A DNA stretch of 64,000 nt, from positions 33,990-97,989 of the forward strand of contig JAJPYB010000011.1 in the NCBI GenBank assembly GCA_021205185.1, in the 5' to 3' direction. Made by a program: the position numbers and the translations under genes. The notes beneath the pieces are model-generated. The model did no database searches. It was given only the letters and a program-made list of their open reading frames with translations, and was not told the DNA's origin. The stretch's first letter is position 1; every line of letters starts with the position of its first letter. This document shows, one piece after another, positions 38,335-47,770 of this stretch. Source of the stretch: Ruminococcus sp. (GTDB taxonomy: Bacteria > Bacillota > Clostridia > Oscillospirales > Ruminococcaceae).

Positions 38335-39492
38335 TCATTCAATGCATCTTTCCGCTATCTTCCTATACGAAAAGGTCTCCATCCCTTTTTCTTCAGCAAC
38401 ACACTTCATCTTTTTATATTTCCCCGGTTCTTCTACTACACTCATGATTTTCTCATATATCTCATCAGCACTGTCCTTATGGAGAAACTCAACATTTCCG
38501 CCAAGATCAATATGTGTGGTTCCTTCCCAATATTTACATATCATTGGAATACCAAGCCCGGCAACCTGCTCCCAGAAGACAGAGTGACGACCAGGAAAAA
38601 CCACAAGATCGGCTGCTCCAAAATACTTATCAGATTGATCTGACTGCACCCAACCAATATACTGAACTCTATCTGGAACAACTAAGGAGGCTACTTCATC
38701 CTTCATTTCTGGCACTACTGATCCAAAAACAATCAATTTAACTTTTGGATTCTGAATCTTAGCAACAGCTTGCATGAGCAGCAGGGTTTGTCTCTTCGCC
38801 ATATCTATTTTTCCGCCAGTCATAATCAAGAAATCATCCGAGTGTATACCATACTTCTCACGAATTTCTTGGCGAATTCCAGGTTGCTTAGCTTCCATAA
38901 CTTTTTCATCGTCAGCACCCATAACTAAAAGTTCACATTTTTCTGGAGGAAGCTTGTAAACATCTTTCAAGAAGTCAACCCTTGCTGGCAAGACACCGTA
39001 AAATTTGGTTGTGTACGGTTCTATTAAATGTGCGGCTCTTTTCCAGACAATTCTGTGCAGAATATTTCTCGATACCCAATTCGTTGCACTGTTAGAGAAA
39101 TCTGCATGGTTATCCACATAAACTCGAACATTCGGATGCTGATTTATATACTTTACTACCTTATCAATGTCTCTGAACTGGCAGCCGTGGATAAATAAAA
39201 CATCTGGGCTGCTCTTTACTATGGCATCATAAGTCCCTACATACCTCTTCAATGTGCGATACAACTTCTCTGGTCTTTTATAATCCAAACGGGTTACTTT
39301 TATATCATACTCGTTTTGATAAGTACTGGCTTTTTCTATATATGCCGCCTTTCCATTCTTATCAAACGTAACAAGTGATGCAATCACTTCCACACTATAT
39401 CCAAGTTCTTTATGGAATTTGGGGAGCATATTTTCCTGATAAGAATAGTTGTCTGGAAAAAAACAAGCTAAACAAAGATGGACTATTTTCAT
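38335..39492 (-). CDS. glycosyltransferase family 4 (GT-B, group 1)
   Basis: 385 aa with a GT4-like C-terminal domain. It is the source copy of the 35726-35992 fragment. Confidence 0.75.
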   Translation of the reverse strand: MKIVHLCLACFFPDNYSYQENMLPKFHKELGYSVEVIASLVTFDKNGKAAYIEKASTYQNEYDIKVTRLDYKRPEKLYRTLKRYVGTYDAIVKSSPDVLFIHGCQFRDIDKVVKYINQHPNVRVYVDNHADFSNSATNWVSRNILHRIVWKRAAHLIEPYTTKFYGVLPARVDFLKDVYKLPPEKCELLVMGADDEKVMEAKQPGIRQEIREKYGIHSDDFLIMTGGKIDMAKRQTLLLMQAVAKIQNPKVKLIVFGSVVPEMKDEVASLVVPDRVQYIGWVQSDQSDKYFGAADLVVFPGRHSVFWEQVAGLGIPMICKYWEGTTHIDLGGNVEFLHKDSADEIYEKIMSVVEEPGKYKKMKCVAEEKGMETFSYRKIAERCIE

Positions 39493-40121
39493 ACAGATTT
39501 CTCCTTAAATAAATCCACAGAATTAAATGCCTCTGCTTCCTGTTGTATCTTTTCATCTGGCCAATTCCACCATTGAGATTTGCTTATAATTTCTACAGTT
39601 TCATCATCAAATCTCTTTCTGATCATCCTTGCTGGGTTTCCTGCCCAAATTTCATATGCACCTATATTCTTTGTTACAATGGAACCCATGCCAATAACAG
39701 CACCATCACCGATTGTAACACCAGCCTTTATCATCACACGATTTCCAATCCACACATCATTACCTATTGTCGTTCTTTGAAAAATGTCAAACTCATGTCG
39801 GGAGAAATTCTTCTTCATAATATTTTCCCATTTATGAAAAACAGGGGAAGTTGAAACCCAATCTGTAGGGTGAGATGTACCTCCAATATAACAATCTGTA
39901 GATATTGACGTAAAATTGCCAATGTCAGTATCTGATACAAAGCTGTTATTGCCAATATAAGAATATTTTCCAATTCTGCCTCTATAGAAGCGAACTCCTG
40001 AACAAATTGCCGCTGTCTTATCGACCTCTGCTTCCTGTAATACGGCAAATAAAGCGATATGAGAAAATAATCTTTTTGGAATTGATAGAATATTTTTTAT
40101 AAGCACCAGTAATCTACGCAT
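39489..40121 (-). CDS. hexapeptide-repeat acetyltransferase of the xenobiotic/CatB-Vat-like type
   Basis: 210 aa with IGNDVWIGNRVMIKAGVTIGDGAVIGMGSIVTKNIGAYEIWAGNPARMIRKRF. Confidence 0.75.
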   Translation of the reverse strand: MRRLLVLIKNILSIPKRLFSHIALFAVLQEAEVDKTAAICSGVRFYRGRIGKYSYIGNNSFVSDTDIGNFTSISTDCYIGGTSHPTDWVSTSPVFHKWENIMKKNFSRHEFDIFQRTTIGNDVWIGNRVMIKAGVTIGDGAVIGMGSIVTKNIGAYEIWAGNPARMIRKRFDDETVEIISKSQWWNWPDEKIQQEAEAFNSVDLFKEKSV

Positions 40122-40138
40122 TTATCATCACCCACTGT

Positions 40139-41044
40139 TTACGCTTTCAAATCTCCCTGCGGCTTCATCTTGATTCCCTTCTTCTCGCATTCCAGTAGTT
40201 TTGCATCAACAAGGAATCGATACCAGTACGCCTGTAGGAAGTGAAATACCTTTCCCTCTGGTCCGTCTAAGAAACCGAATTTTATATAGTATCTGTATAT
40301 GAAATAGATATGCGCCCGCCAGAACTTCGGCAGCCTGTAATAACCGCTGTTCTTGACCACACGCTTCATCTTTGCCTGTCCAGAGGATGTTCCTTCTTCT
40401 TCGAGGGCTGTGTCCATCTGATTCTCCAAAGTCATCTGATGATCAAGCACCTCCCTGTTGCTGTACTAGTTGTGTTTAGCTGTCCACCATTCCAGATCCT
40501 TTTGGTTGTTATCAATCAGGTCATGCTGGAAGGTCACAGTCGTTCCTTCCGAGAGGATCATATGCTCATCCATGAGCTTCTGCTCACAGGAGGCTTTACC
40601 TGTCCGGAAGATACGGAGAAGCAGCTCCGGATATCTGCCGCCGTGCTTAATCCAGCGACCCATAAAGTAGACCCTGCGGCGGAGAATAATGCCGTTGACC
40701 GGCTCTTTGATGGTCGGCAGCTTTTCTTCAATCTCTGCTGCCAAGTCCTCCATCAGCTCTTCATCCGAATCGAACCGCATCGACCACTCTGTGGTGATGT
40801 TTGTATTCTGTAATCCCCAGTTCAACTGATCGGCATAGCTAATCCATGTGTTTTGATAGAAATTAAGCTGTGAGCCAATCTTCCTTAGTTCTGCATCCAA
40901 ATCATGACAAAGTGCCTCAGTGCCGTCTGTAGAGTAACTGTCCACAATGACGAACCGCTTCACAATTCCTCGGAAAGATTCAATGCACTTTCTTAAATTC
41001 TTTTCTTCATTTTTCGTAAGTATTACTACTGTCAGGTCAACCAT
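40139..41044 (-). pseudogene. glycosyltransferase family 2, tandem paralog of 41106-41999, interrupted by an in-frame TAG (40466-40468)
   Basis: ..EWWTAKHN-TAG-YSNREVLDHQ.. compares with the intact paralog ..EWWIGKHNWYSNKEVLDQQ.. A Trp codon TGG in the paralog aligns to the TAG here. The frame is otherwise continuous. Confidence 0.75.
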
Positions 41045-41105
41045 TATGCTGCCACCTCCTCACGAGATGTCACATAACAGTTCGGAATGAATACCCTATG
41101 GGGTA

Positions 41106-41999
41106 TTACCCCCCCGACCTTCTGGCCGGTTCTATCTTAAGTTCTCCTTGCTTTTCCATCTTTGTCCCCAGCTTCTCACATTCGTAAAGCTTGGCATCCA
41201 CAAGATACCGATACCAGTACGCCTGCAGGAATGTGTATATCTTTCCTTCTTTACCGTCAAGAAAACCGAGCCGTATGTAATACCGATATATGAAGTAAAG
41301 ATGTGCCCTAAAGAATTTCGGCAAGCTGTAATAGCCATGGTTTTTGATGAACCGCTTCATCTTTGCCTGCGTGGATGTCGCTGTGTCCTCCACAGATTCT
41401 GCACTCTCGGCTTTCATCTGCTGGTCAAGTACTTCCTTATTACTATACCAGTTATGCTTTCCAATCCACCACTCTAAAGACTTCTGGTTGTTGTCACTGA
41501 AATCATGATTGAACGTAACTACATCTCCGTCTGTAACGATGAGATGCTCGTCCATCATCTTCGTCTCGGACATGCCGTGACCTACACGGAATATCCGCAG
41601 AAGAAGCTCCGGATACTTACCTCCGTGCTTCAACCAGCGACCCATGAAGTACACACGCCGCCGGAGGATAACTCCATTCACACTTTCAGGAAGGCTATCT
41701 AACTTCTCATCTATCTCCTGAGCAAGTTCCGACGTGAACTCCTCATCAGCATCCACTTTCGCAACCCACGCTGTGGAGAGATTTATATTATCAAGTGCCC
41801 AGTTAAACTGAGCAGCATGATTTTCAAATTTATGCTCATACACATCAGTTCCCAGCTCTTTGGCAAGAGTCACAGTATTGTCCGTGCTGAAGCTGTCCAC
41901 CACAACAATCCTCTTAGCCACACCGTAAAAGGAATCGATGCACTTTTTTAAGTTCTGTTCCTCATTTTTAGTGAGGATGATTATTGTCAGATCAGCCAC
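41106..41999 (-). CDS. glycosyltransferase family 2; a G7 tract occupies its last three codons
   Basis: 297 aa with IIILTKNEE.NL..C..S......VVVDS.STD...DADE motifs. It ends ..RRSGG-TAA. Confidence 0.8.
   Translation of the reverse strand: MADLTIIILTKNEEQNLKKCIDSFYGVAKRIVVVDSFSTDNTVTLAKELGTDVYEHKFENHAAQFNWALDNINLSTAWVAKVDADEEFTSELAQEIDEKLDSLPESVNGVILRRRVYFMGRWLKHGGKYPELLLRIFRVGHGMSETKMMDEHLIVTDGDVVTFNHDFSDNNQKSLEWWIGKHNWYSNKEVLDQQMKAESAESVEDTATSTQAKMKRFIKNHGYYSLPKFFRAHLYFIYRYYIRLGFLDGKEGKIYTFLQAYWYRYLVDAKLYECEKLGTKMEKQGELKIEPARRSGG
41109..41115 (-). repeat. homopolymeric G7 tract (C7 on the plus strand) at the stop codon of the GT2 gene, abutting a 7-bp hairpin
   Basis: Read directly: ggtatta-ccccccc-gacc. 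The adjacent AATACCC-tatg-GGGTATT hairpin lies at 41086-41103. Confidence 0.9.
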
Positions 42000-42003
42000 G
42001 TTT

Positions 42004-43166
42004 TCATCTCCTAATCTTATATAGATTTAAGGCAACGAGGATTTGTTTAATCCTATATTTCAAGTATGTCCTTCTGGAGTGCGGCGCATATTTTCTTATG
42101 ATCCCGTCAAAATCCAGCTTGTCATAATCCTGCCAAAACGCTGCCCTGCTTTCTGGGCATTTAAATGATTCCTTAAGGGGAGGCTGCATGCTCTTTTCTA
42201 TATCAGTTTCCTGATAATCAATATTTCCGGCATTCACCGTCTTTAAAAAAAATTTTTGCCTTCATCACTGTTGATCAAAACAAGCGAGACACCTTTATCG
42301 TCATTGAATCCAGGAGCCGCATTATCAATTCCCCAATAATCTGCAATTGTTATGTCTCCCGGATGATTAATGTCCTTATATGGGCATGAATAACAGGATG
42401 GGCGCATGTATTGTGGCCATAGAACAACTCTGTGTATACACATGAATCTTTTCTGACATCGTCAAAATATACTGATTCAATATGGGTAGACCATCCGAAA
42501 TTTCTCTTATTTCTGAAATCAATTCCAGTTGCTGTCTTTTCAATGCGTTTCTCCCACCATTCCTTATAGTCACGATACACACGTGGGCTGGGAACTCCAT
42601 GACAAACTATATCCATAAGAAGCAGATTATCTGGAACTTCCCCTAAATAACCTATAACAGCTGCTACTTGGCATGATGTCCCGCTGAACAGAACGGCGCG
42701 GCCACTTTCGACATCCTGTTTTATTTGTGTATAAATCGAGCTATCCATTCGAGACTGTACATATTTGGATCCACGCATACGGTCTCTTCCTGACGCATTT
42801 TCCGTCCTAATATGAACCACTTCCAATGATGGTTGTAAAACCGAACCATAAATTACCCCCCCGCACAAGAATAAGATCGCAAACAGCCGTGAAAATTCCA
42901 CCTGACCGGCTTGCCATTCGTGTATCTATATCTTTGTGTTTTACTGCAAGACAACGAATGAATTTATTCTTAATGGTTTCAACATGATTGGCGTTTTGAA
43001 AAACACAAGCAGTCTTACAAAGACCGCATTCGATGCACTTCCCTTTATCAATTAAGGGATAGAGAAACCCCTCATTATCATCAACCATACTGATTGCTGA
43101 CTTAGGACACCTTGCTATACACGCCTGACATCCACAGCATTTTTCTTTATCTGAATATAAGTTCAT
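42004..43166 (-). pseudogene. FrhB-like Fe-S protein 3, broken into four ORFs (G7-tract frameshift plus two further frameshifts)
   Basis: The pieces at 42807-43166, 42350-42901, 42243-42443 and 42004-42237 are collinear with paralogs 1 and 2. The breaks are at the G7 tract, near 42425 (..FYGHN / MRPSCYSCPYK..) and at the T8 run (A8 on the plus strand, 42246-42253). Confidence 0.75.
42856..42862 (-). repeat. homopolymeric G7 tract (C7 on the plus strand)
   Basis: Read directly: aatta-ccccccc-gcaca. It coincides with the first frame break, and G6 or G9 would join the frames (..LILVRGG-VIYGSV..). Confidence 0.95.
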
Positions 43167-43239
43167 GCAAAATTATTCCCTTCATGAATTTTCCAATATA
43201 CAGTTATTCTTTGAAACTACGAAAAGAATTCAAAGAATT

Positions 43240-43976
43240 TTATCCATACACATACTCACTAATCGCTTCCGCCCATCTCTCATATGCCTCATCATAAAGA
43301 TGGATACCATCCTTTGTCAGTTCTTCCGGCATTACCCCATCTACTGCATACAATTCATATAAATCAATAAATATTATGCCCTTCTGTTCCGCCATTTCTT
43401 TTATTAACCCATTCAGTTCGCAGATATTTTCATTAGATATAGAATTCCCTCTCATATCTGTGTTCACTGGAAGAATGCTTTGAATGTAAATCTCAACATT
43501 GGGGCATTCTTCCTTAATTTCAGCAAGCAGTACCTCATACCTCTCAACTATTACATTCAAGTCCCCTTGGTAGTTGTTCAAATCATTGACTCCGGCCATA
43601 ATGAATATTTTCTCTGGATTGACTGCTGAAATCATTCCGACACGTGTCTGCATTTTTGTGATCGTGTCACCAGTCAGTCCTAAATTAACTATGGTCAAGT
43701 CCTCGAAGTAATCCTGAAAGGACGAACCCCTAGTGATTGAATCCCCAAAGAAAACAACATCTGAATCTATATCCAGCTTTTCTAAACAAGATTCCCATGA
43801 AACAGCTGTCCAGTCTGTGGAAACGGTTGGCTCTGCCAGTCCAAGATGTGATAGAATTTTATTGTCGTATCCTGATGTGTGCAAAAGGAAGCCAAAAGCA
43901 CATAGCCATACGATATTAGTAATTACCAATAGAGGAAGAAGAATACCCCCCCACGCCAAATTTTCTTATTTTTCAT
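43240..43976 (-). CDS. SGNH/GDSL esterase 2 with an N-terminal TM anchor; the ATG start is out of frame at a G7 tract (track ORF 43240-43959 uses a TTG)
   Basis: FFGDSITRGS and DGIHL motifs are present. The ATG at 43976 has a GGAGG SD and encodes MKNKKIWRGG, then hits a stop after 17 codons unless the tract is G8 or G5. Confidence 0.75.
43946..43952 (-). repeat. homopolymeric G7 tract (C7 on the plus strand)
   Basis: Read directly: gaata-ccccccc-acgcc. Confidence 0.95.
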
Positions 43977-44017
43977 TTTGAAAATTCCTCCTTTTTCTGT
44001 AGCTTTTTAGTACAGAA

Positions 44018-45259
44018 TCAGTCTCTCCTGTACAAATCCCTCGTATACACCTTATCTTTCACATCATCCAAGTCAGAACTGTATCTATTAGCAATAATAG
44101 CCTGCGACTGCTCTTTAAACTTATCCAAATCATTAACGACCTTACTTCCGAAGAAGGTGGAGCCATCTTCGAGAGTTGGTTCGTAAACAATTACGGTTGC
44201 TCCCTTTGCTTTGATTCGCTTCATAACACCCTGAATACTGCTCTGCCGGAAGTTGTCGGAATTGCTCTTCATTGTAAGTCTGTACACGCCAACAATGACT
44301 TCCTTTTCCTTTGCTGCGTTATAGCTCTCCGACCCAACATAAGCACCGGCAATTTCCAACACACGGTCAGCAATAAAGTCCTTCCTGGTTCTGTTGCTCT
44401 CCACAATCGCCTGGATAAGGTTCTCAGGCACGTCTTCATAATTCGCCAATAACTGCTTAGTATCTTTCGGCAGGCAATACCCGCCATAGCCGAAGCTCGG
44501 ATTGTTATAATGACTCCCTATACGCGGATCGAGGCAGACGCCTTCAATAATCTGCTGAGTGTTTAGCCCCTTCATTTCTGCATATGTGTCTAGCTCATTG
44601 AAGTAGGAAACACGCAGTGCTAAATAGGTATTAGCAAACAGCTTTACAGCCTCTGCCTCGGTAAAGCCCATAATAAGGGTATCTATATTCTCTTTTATTG
44701 CCCCTTCCTGTAGGAGAGATGCAAATGTGTTTGCTGCCTTTACTAATCGTGCGTTCTCTACATCTGTTCCTACAATAATGCGGGACGGGTAGAGGTTATC
44801 ATAAAGTGCCTTGGACTCTCTTAAGAATTCAGGGCTAAAGATGATATTATCGCAATGGAACTTTTCTCTGACACTCGCTGTATATCCCACGGGAATAGTG
44901 GACTTGATGACCATGATGGCATCAGGATTATTCTCGATTACAAGTTTGATGACTGTCTCCACAGCGGATGTGTCAAAGAAATTCTTCTTAGAGTCATAAT
45001 TTGTAGGCGCGGCGATAACAACGAAGTCGGCGGTTTTGTATGCCTCAGCTGCGTCAAGTGTGGCTGTTAAATCCAGTTCCTTCTCCGCCAAATATTTCTC
45101 AATATATTCATCCTGTATAGGACTCTTCCTCTGGTTGATGAGTTCAACCTTTTCAGGAATAATGTCCACAGCAGTTACTTTGTTGTGCTGTGCCAATAAT
45201 ACTGCCAAAGACAGCCCAACGTATCCAGTACCAGCAACTGCTATATTGTAGTTACTCAT
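44018..45259 (-). CDS. ugd: UDP-glucose 6-dehydrogenase
   Basis: 413 aa with N-terminal AGTGYVGLS and the catalytic-Cys motif [10 protein letters not shown]. Confidence 0.9.
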   Translation of the reverse strand: MSNYNIAVAGTGYVGLSLAVLLAQHNKVTAVDIIPEKVELINQRKSPIQDEYIEKYLAEKELDLTATLDAAEAYKTADFVVIAAPTNYDSKKNFFDTSAVETVIKLVIENNPDAIMVIKSTIPVGYTASVREKFHCDNIIFSPEFLRESKALYDNLYPSRIIVGTDVENARLVKAANTFASLLQEGAIKENIDTLIMGFTEAEAVKLFANTYLALRVSYFNELDTYAEMKGLNTQQIIEGVCLDPRIGSHYNNPSFGYGGYCLPKDTKQLLANYEDVPENLIQAIVESNRTRKDFIADRVLEIAGAYVGSESYNAAKEKEVIVGVYRLTMKSNSDNFRQSSIQGVMKRIKAKGATVIVYEPTLEDGSTFFGSKVVNDLDKFKEQSQAIIANRYSSDLDDVKDKVYTRDLYRRD

Positions 45260-45312
45260 TTATCTCTTACTCCTCGAATTTAATGCAGTCAGTTCTATGT
45301 AATCTGTGTTCA

Positions 45313-46623
45313 TCACAGCTCCAAAATAGCTTTCTTATACTTCTCCACAGAAACCTGTTCTGTCAGGTTCTCCACGAGATAAGCCCTACTCTTCTCGCCC
45401 ATCTCACGCAGCTCCTCACTATTACTATTCTCAATGAACCACTGAATCTCGTCTTCCACACCTGCATAGTCGCCTGGTTCAACCACAAGTCCGCACCCAA
45501 TCTCTTCAATCAGGCACCGTACCTCTGAACCTTTCTCTAAAACGCCAAGCACAGGCTTTCCTGCGGCGGCGAGACCATAGAATTTGCTGGGACAGCTCAC
45601 ACCCTTAATGCCCTTCGCATTCACGCAAAAGTGAACATCTCCGGCGTTAAGACTATAGTTAAGGTCTGCCTTGTCCTGATATGGGATAAACACAACATTT
45701 TTCATCTTGTGTTGCCGTGTGTACAACACCAGCTTGTCCAGCACCGAACCGGCTCCTACGAAAGCGAACATAACTTCTTTTCCGTCAGGCGTTTTGGCAC
45801 CGCCAAACTTCTCAACGACCTTGATGATTCCCTCTAAGTCGTAATACAATCCAATGTTCCCGGAATACATGAAGACGAACTTATCTTCAAGCTCGTTCTT
45901 CTTTCGGAAAGCCACAACACGTTCATCACTACTCTCAAGCGGATAGATTTCCTTTTCATTGATCCAGTTATTGATGATGGTGTATTTTGGTACCTGTTTG
46001 CCCTTGAATCTTTTCTCTATCGTCTCCCCAAGGTCACGACCTACCGTGATGATCATATTGCTCCTCTTGCAGGAGAACTTATCGAACCACATCATAGCTC
46101 CCAGAAGCAATTTGTTCTTTGTATATGAAACAGATTCTACCTGTTCGGGATTAAAGTCCTGCACGTTATATATGTACTTGGCGCGCTTTACCCACTTACC
46201 CCACACTCCGAGCAATCCGCCCAGAATTGGTGGCTGTGAGATGCTGAACACATAATCCATTTTGCCAACTTTAAACGTGACTCTCATTGCCCCGAAAAAA
46301 TAGGACAGTATGTTATTCACCCGGCTGCCGACCTTCGTCTTATCAAACTCAGGGATCCGAACACGGATGACTTTCACACCGTTCAGTTCTTCGTAGTAAA
46401 ATTTCTTTGTTTTGTATTTATCTTCAATCGTTCCAAGATAACTCGGAACAACGCAGATCACAGTTATGTTAAAAGTATCTGTCATGCCCTCTGCAAGTTC
46501 CTGAAGTATTTGCCCTGTAGAGGCTACGTCTTTTTTTTCGTAGTAGTGTGCATACAGAAGAAGATTTTTCTTATTGTTCGCCTTGTTGCCTTTCCCGTAA
46601 GTTTTCCTCTTTTTTCTGTCCAC
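45313..46623 (-). CDS. glycosyltransferase family 4 (WcaI-like)
   Basis: 436 aa with GT-B architecture and a basic N-terminal extension. Confidence 0.75.
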   Translation of the reverse strand: MDRKKRKTYGKGNKANNKKNLLLYAHYYEKKDVASTGQILQELAEGMTDTFNITVICVVPSYLGTIEDKYKTKKFYYEELNGVKVIRVRIPEFDKTKVGSRVNNILSYFFGAMRVTFKVGKMDYVFSISQPPILGGLLGVWGKWVKRAKYIYNVQDFNPEQVESVSYTKNKLLLGAMMWFDKFSCKRSNMIITVGRDLGETIEKRFKGKQVPKYTIINNWINEKEIYPLESSDERVVAFRKKNELEDKFVFMYSGNIGLYYDLEGIIKVVEKFGGAKTPDGKEVMFAFVGAGSVLDKLVLYTRQHKMKNVVFIPYQDKADLNYSLNAGDVHFCVNAKGIKGVSCPSKFYGLAAAGKPVLGVLEKGSEVRCLIEEIGCGLVVEPGDYAGVEDEIQWFIENSNSEELREMGEKSRAYLVENLTEQVSVEKYKKAILEL

Positions 46624-46746
46624 TAATTATCCTCCCTGGATCCTTCTCTTTGCTCTAAACAATCTTATCTATTATCAATATTCGTAATTTCCACACCTAT
46701 ATTTTAAACTTCATCTGCACTCACGCACAAATCTTGAACCCCTCAT

Positions 46747-47415
46747 CTACACATTTCTTCCTTTAAACATAACGCCTATCGTCTTGAAAATGATTTTTAA
46801 ATCCGTTTTGAAGGATCTTTCGTTTATGTACTTGAAGTCCAGCTCTATCCAATAGTCAAAATCCTTCTTCGTTTGCATATCAAGTGCTGCGTAGCACGAA
46901 AGCCCAGGCTTTACAATCAGCCGCTGCTGCTGATAGTCGCTGCATTCATCCTGCTCGAAAACGACGAACGGTCTGGGCCCGATTACTGACATATCGCCCT
47001 TTAAAACGTTTACCAGCTGTGGCAGCTCATCGAGTGATGTCCGCCTTATAAAATGTCCGACCTTTGTTATACGAGGGTCATGTTCAAGCTTGAATAACGG
47101 ACCGTCTGCTTCATTGATTTCGGAAAGATCAATTCTTTCAAGCTCTGCGTTTTTGTGCATACTTCTGAACTTGTACATCTTAAATTTCTTGCCGTCTTTT
47201 CCAGTTCTTTCCTGACTGAAAAACGGGTTGCCGAAATCACCCAAAAAAACAAGCACGCTTAAAACCAGAAAAAGTGGAGAAAGCACCACCAACGCACACA
47301 GAGAAACTACAATATCAAATATTCGCTTGACTGCATCGTATACTGGCTTTTTCTTATATTGCAATTCTGGTTGCTGCTTTTCAGCAACAGCTAAATTACT
47401 GCTTTCCATACTCAC
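46747..47415 (-). CDS. undecaprenyl-phosphate sugar phosphotransferase (bacterial sugar transferase family; initiating enzyme)
   Basis: 222 aa with one TM helix followed by KRIFD...PFFSQERTGKDGKKFKMYKFRSM...PRITKVGHFIRRTSLDELPQL.NVLKGDMSVIGPRP. Confidence 0.9.
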   Translation of the reverse strand: MSMESSNLAVAEKQQPELQYKKKPVYDAVKRIFDIVVSLCALVVLSPLFLVLSVLVFLGDFGNPFFSQERTGKDGKKFKMYKFRSMHKNAELERIDLSEINEADGPLFKLEHDPRITKVGHFIRRTSLDELPQLVNVLKGDMSVIGPRPFVVFEQDECSDYQQQRLIVKPGLSCYAALDMQTKKDFDYWIELDFKYINERSFKTDLKIIFKTIGVMFKGRNV

Positions 47416-47521
47416 TTCTCCCCGCTCAATTTGTTGCGGCTCTTTTCCTCATAAATTCAAGGGATTAAAAGAGCTTTTGATGATTGGCGCTTTCATAATT
47501 GCGCACAAAATCAACACATAA

Positions 47522-47550
47522 ATTTTATCATTTTAAGACGGCTATGTCAA
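47522..47550 (-). promoter_or_regulatory. proximal promoter candidate for the glycan locus (TTGACA-N17-TAAAAT, TGn-extended)
   Basis: Plus strand reads tgtcaa at 47545-47550 and atttta at 47522-47527, about 105 nt upstream of the start at 47415. Confidence 0.5.
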
Positions 47551-47770
47551 CGCAAAAAGCGACCTGTTGGCTATTTTCTACACAATCGATAAACGACGTG
47601 CATTTTTGGCAACTTTTTCGTACAAATTTGCAATCTGAATGTCAAAATATACAAACAAAAAGTCTGAAATTTCCAAAAGATAATAGCAAAAAATGCATAA
47701 TGCCGCTTTGTAGAAATTTTTCTTCTATGTTCCTGAGTGAACGGAAGAACAGCGTAAAGTATATGTATCA

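Noticed and set aside
42246-42253. A8/T8 and other A/T runs of 8 (for example 25337-25344, 29818-29825, 30323-30330, 46531-46538) as additional programmed slippage sites.
   Set aside because: Runs of 8 A or T are unremarkable in AT-rich, Lys-rich coding DNA. All except 42246-42253 are in frame, and that one lies in a gene with other lesions.
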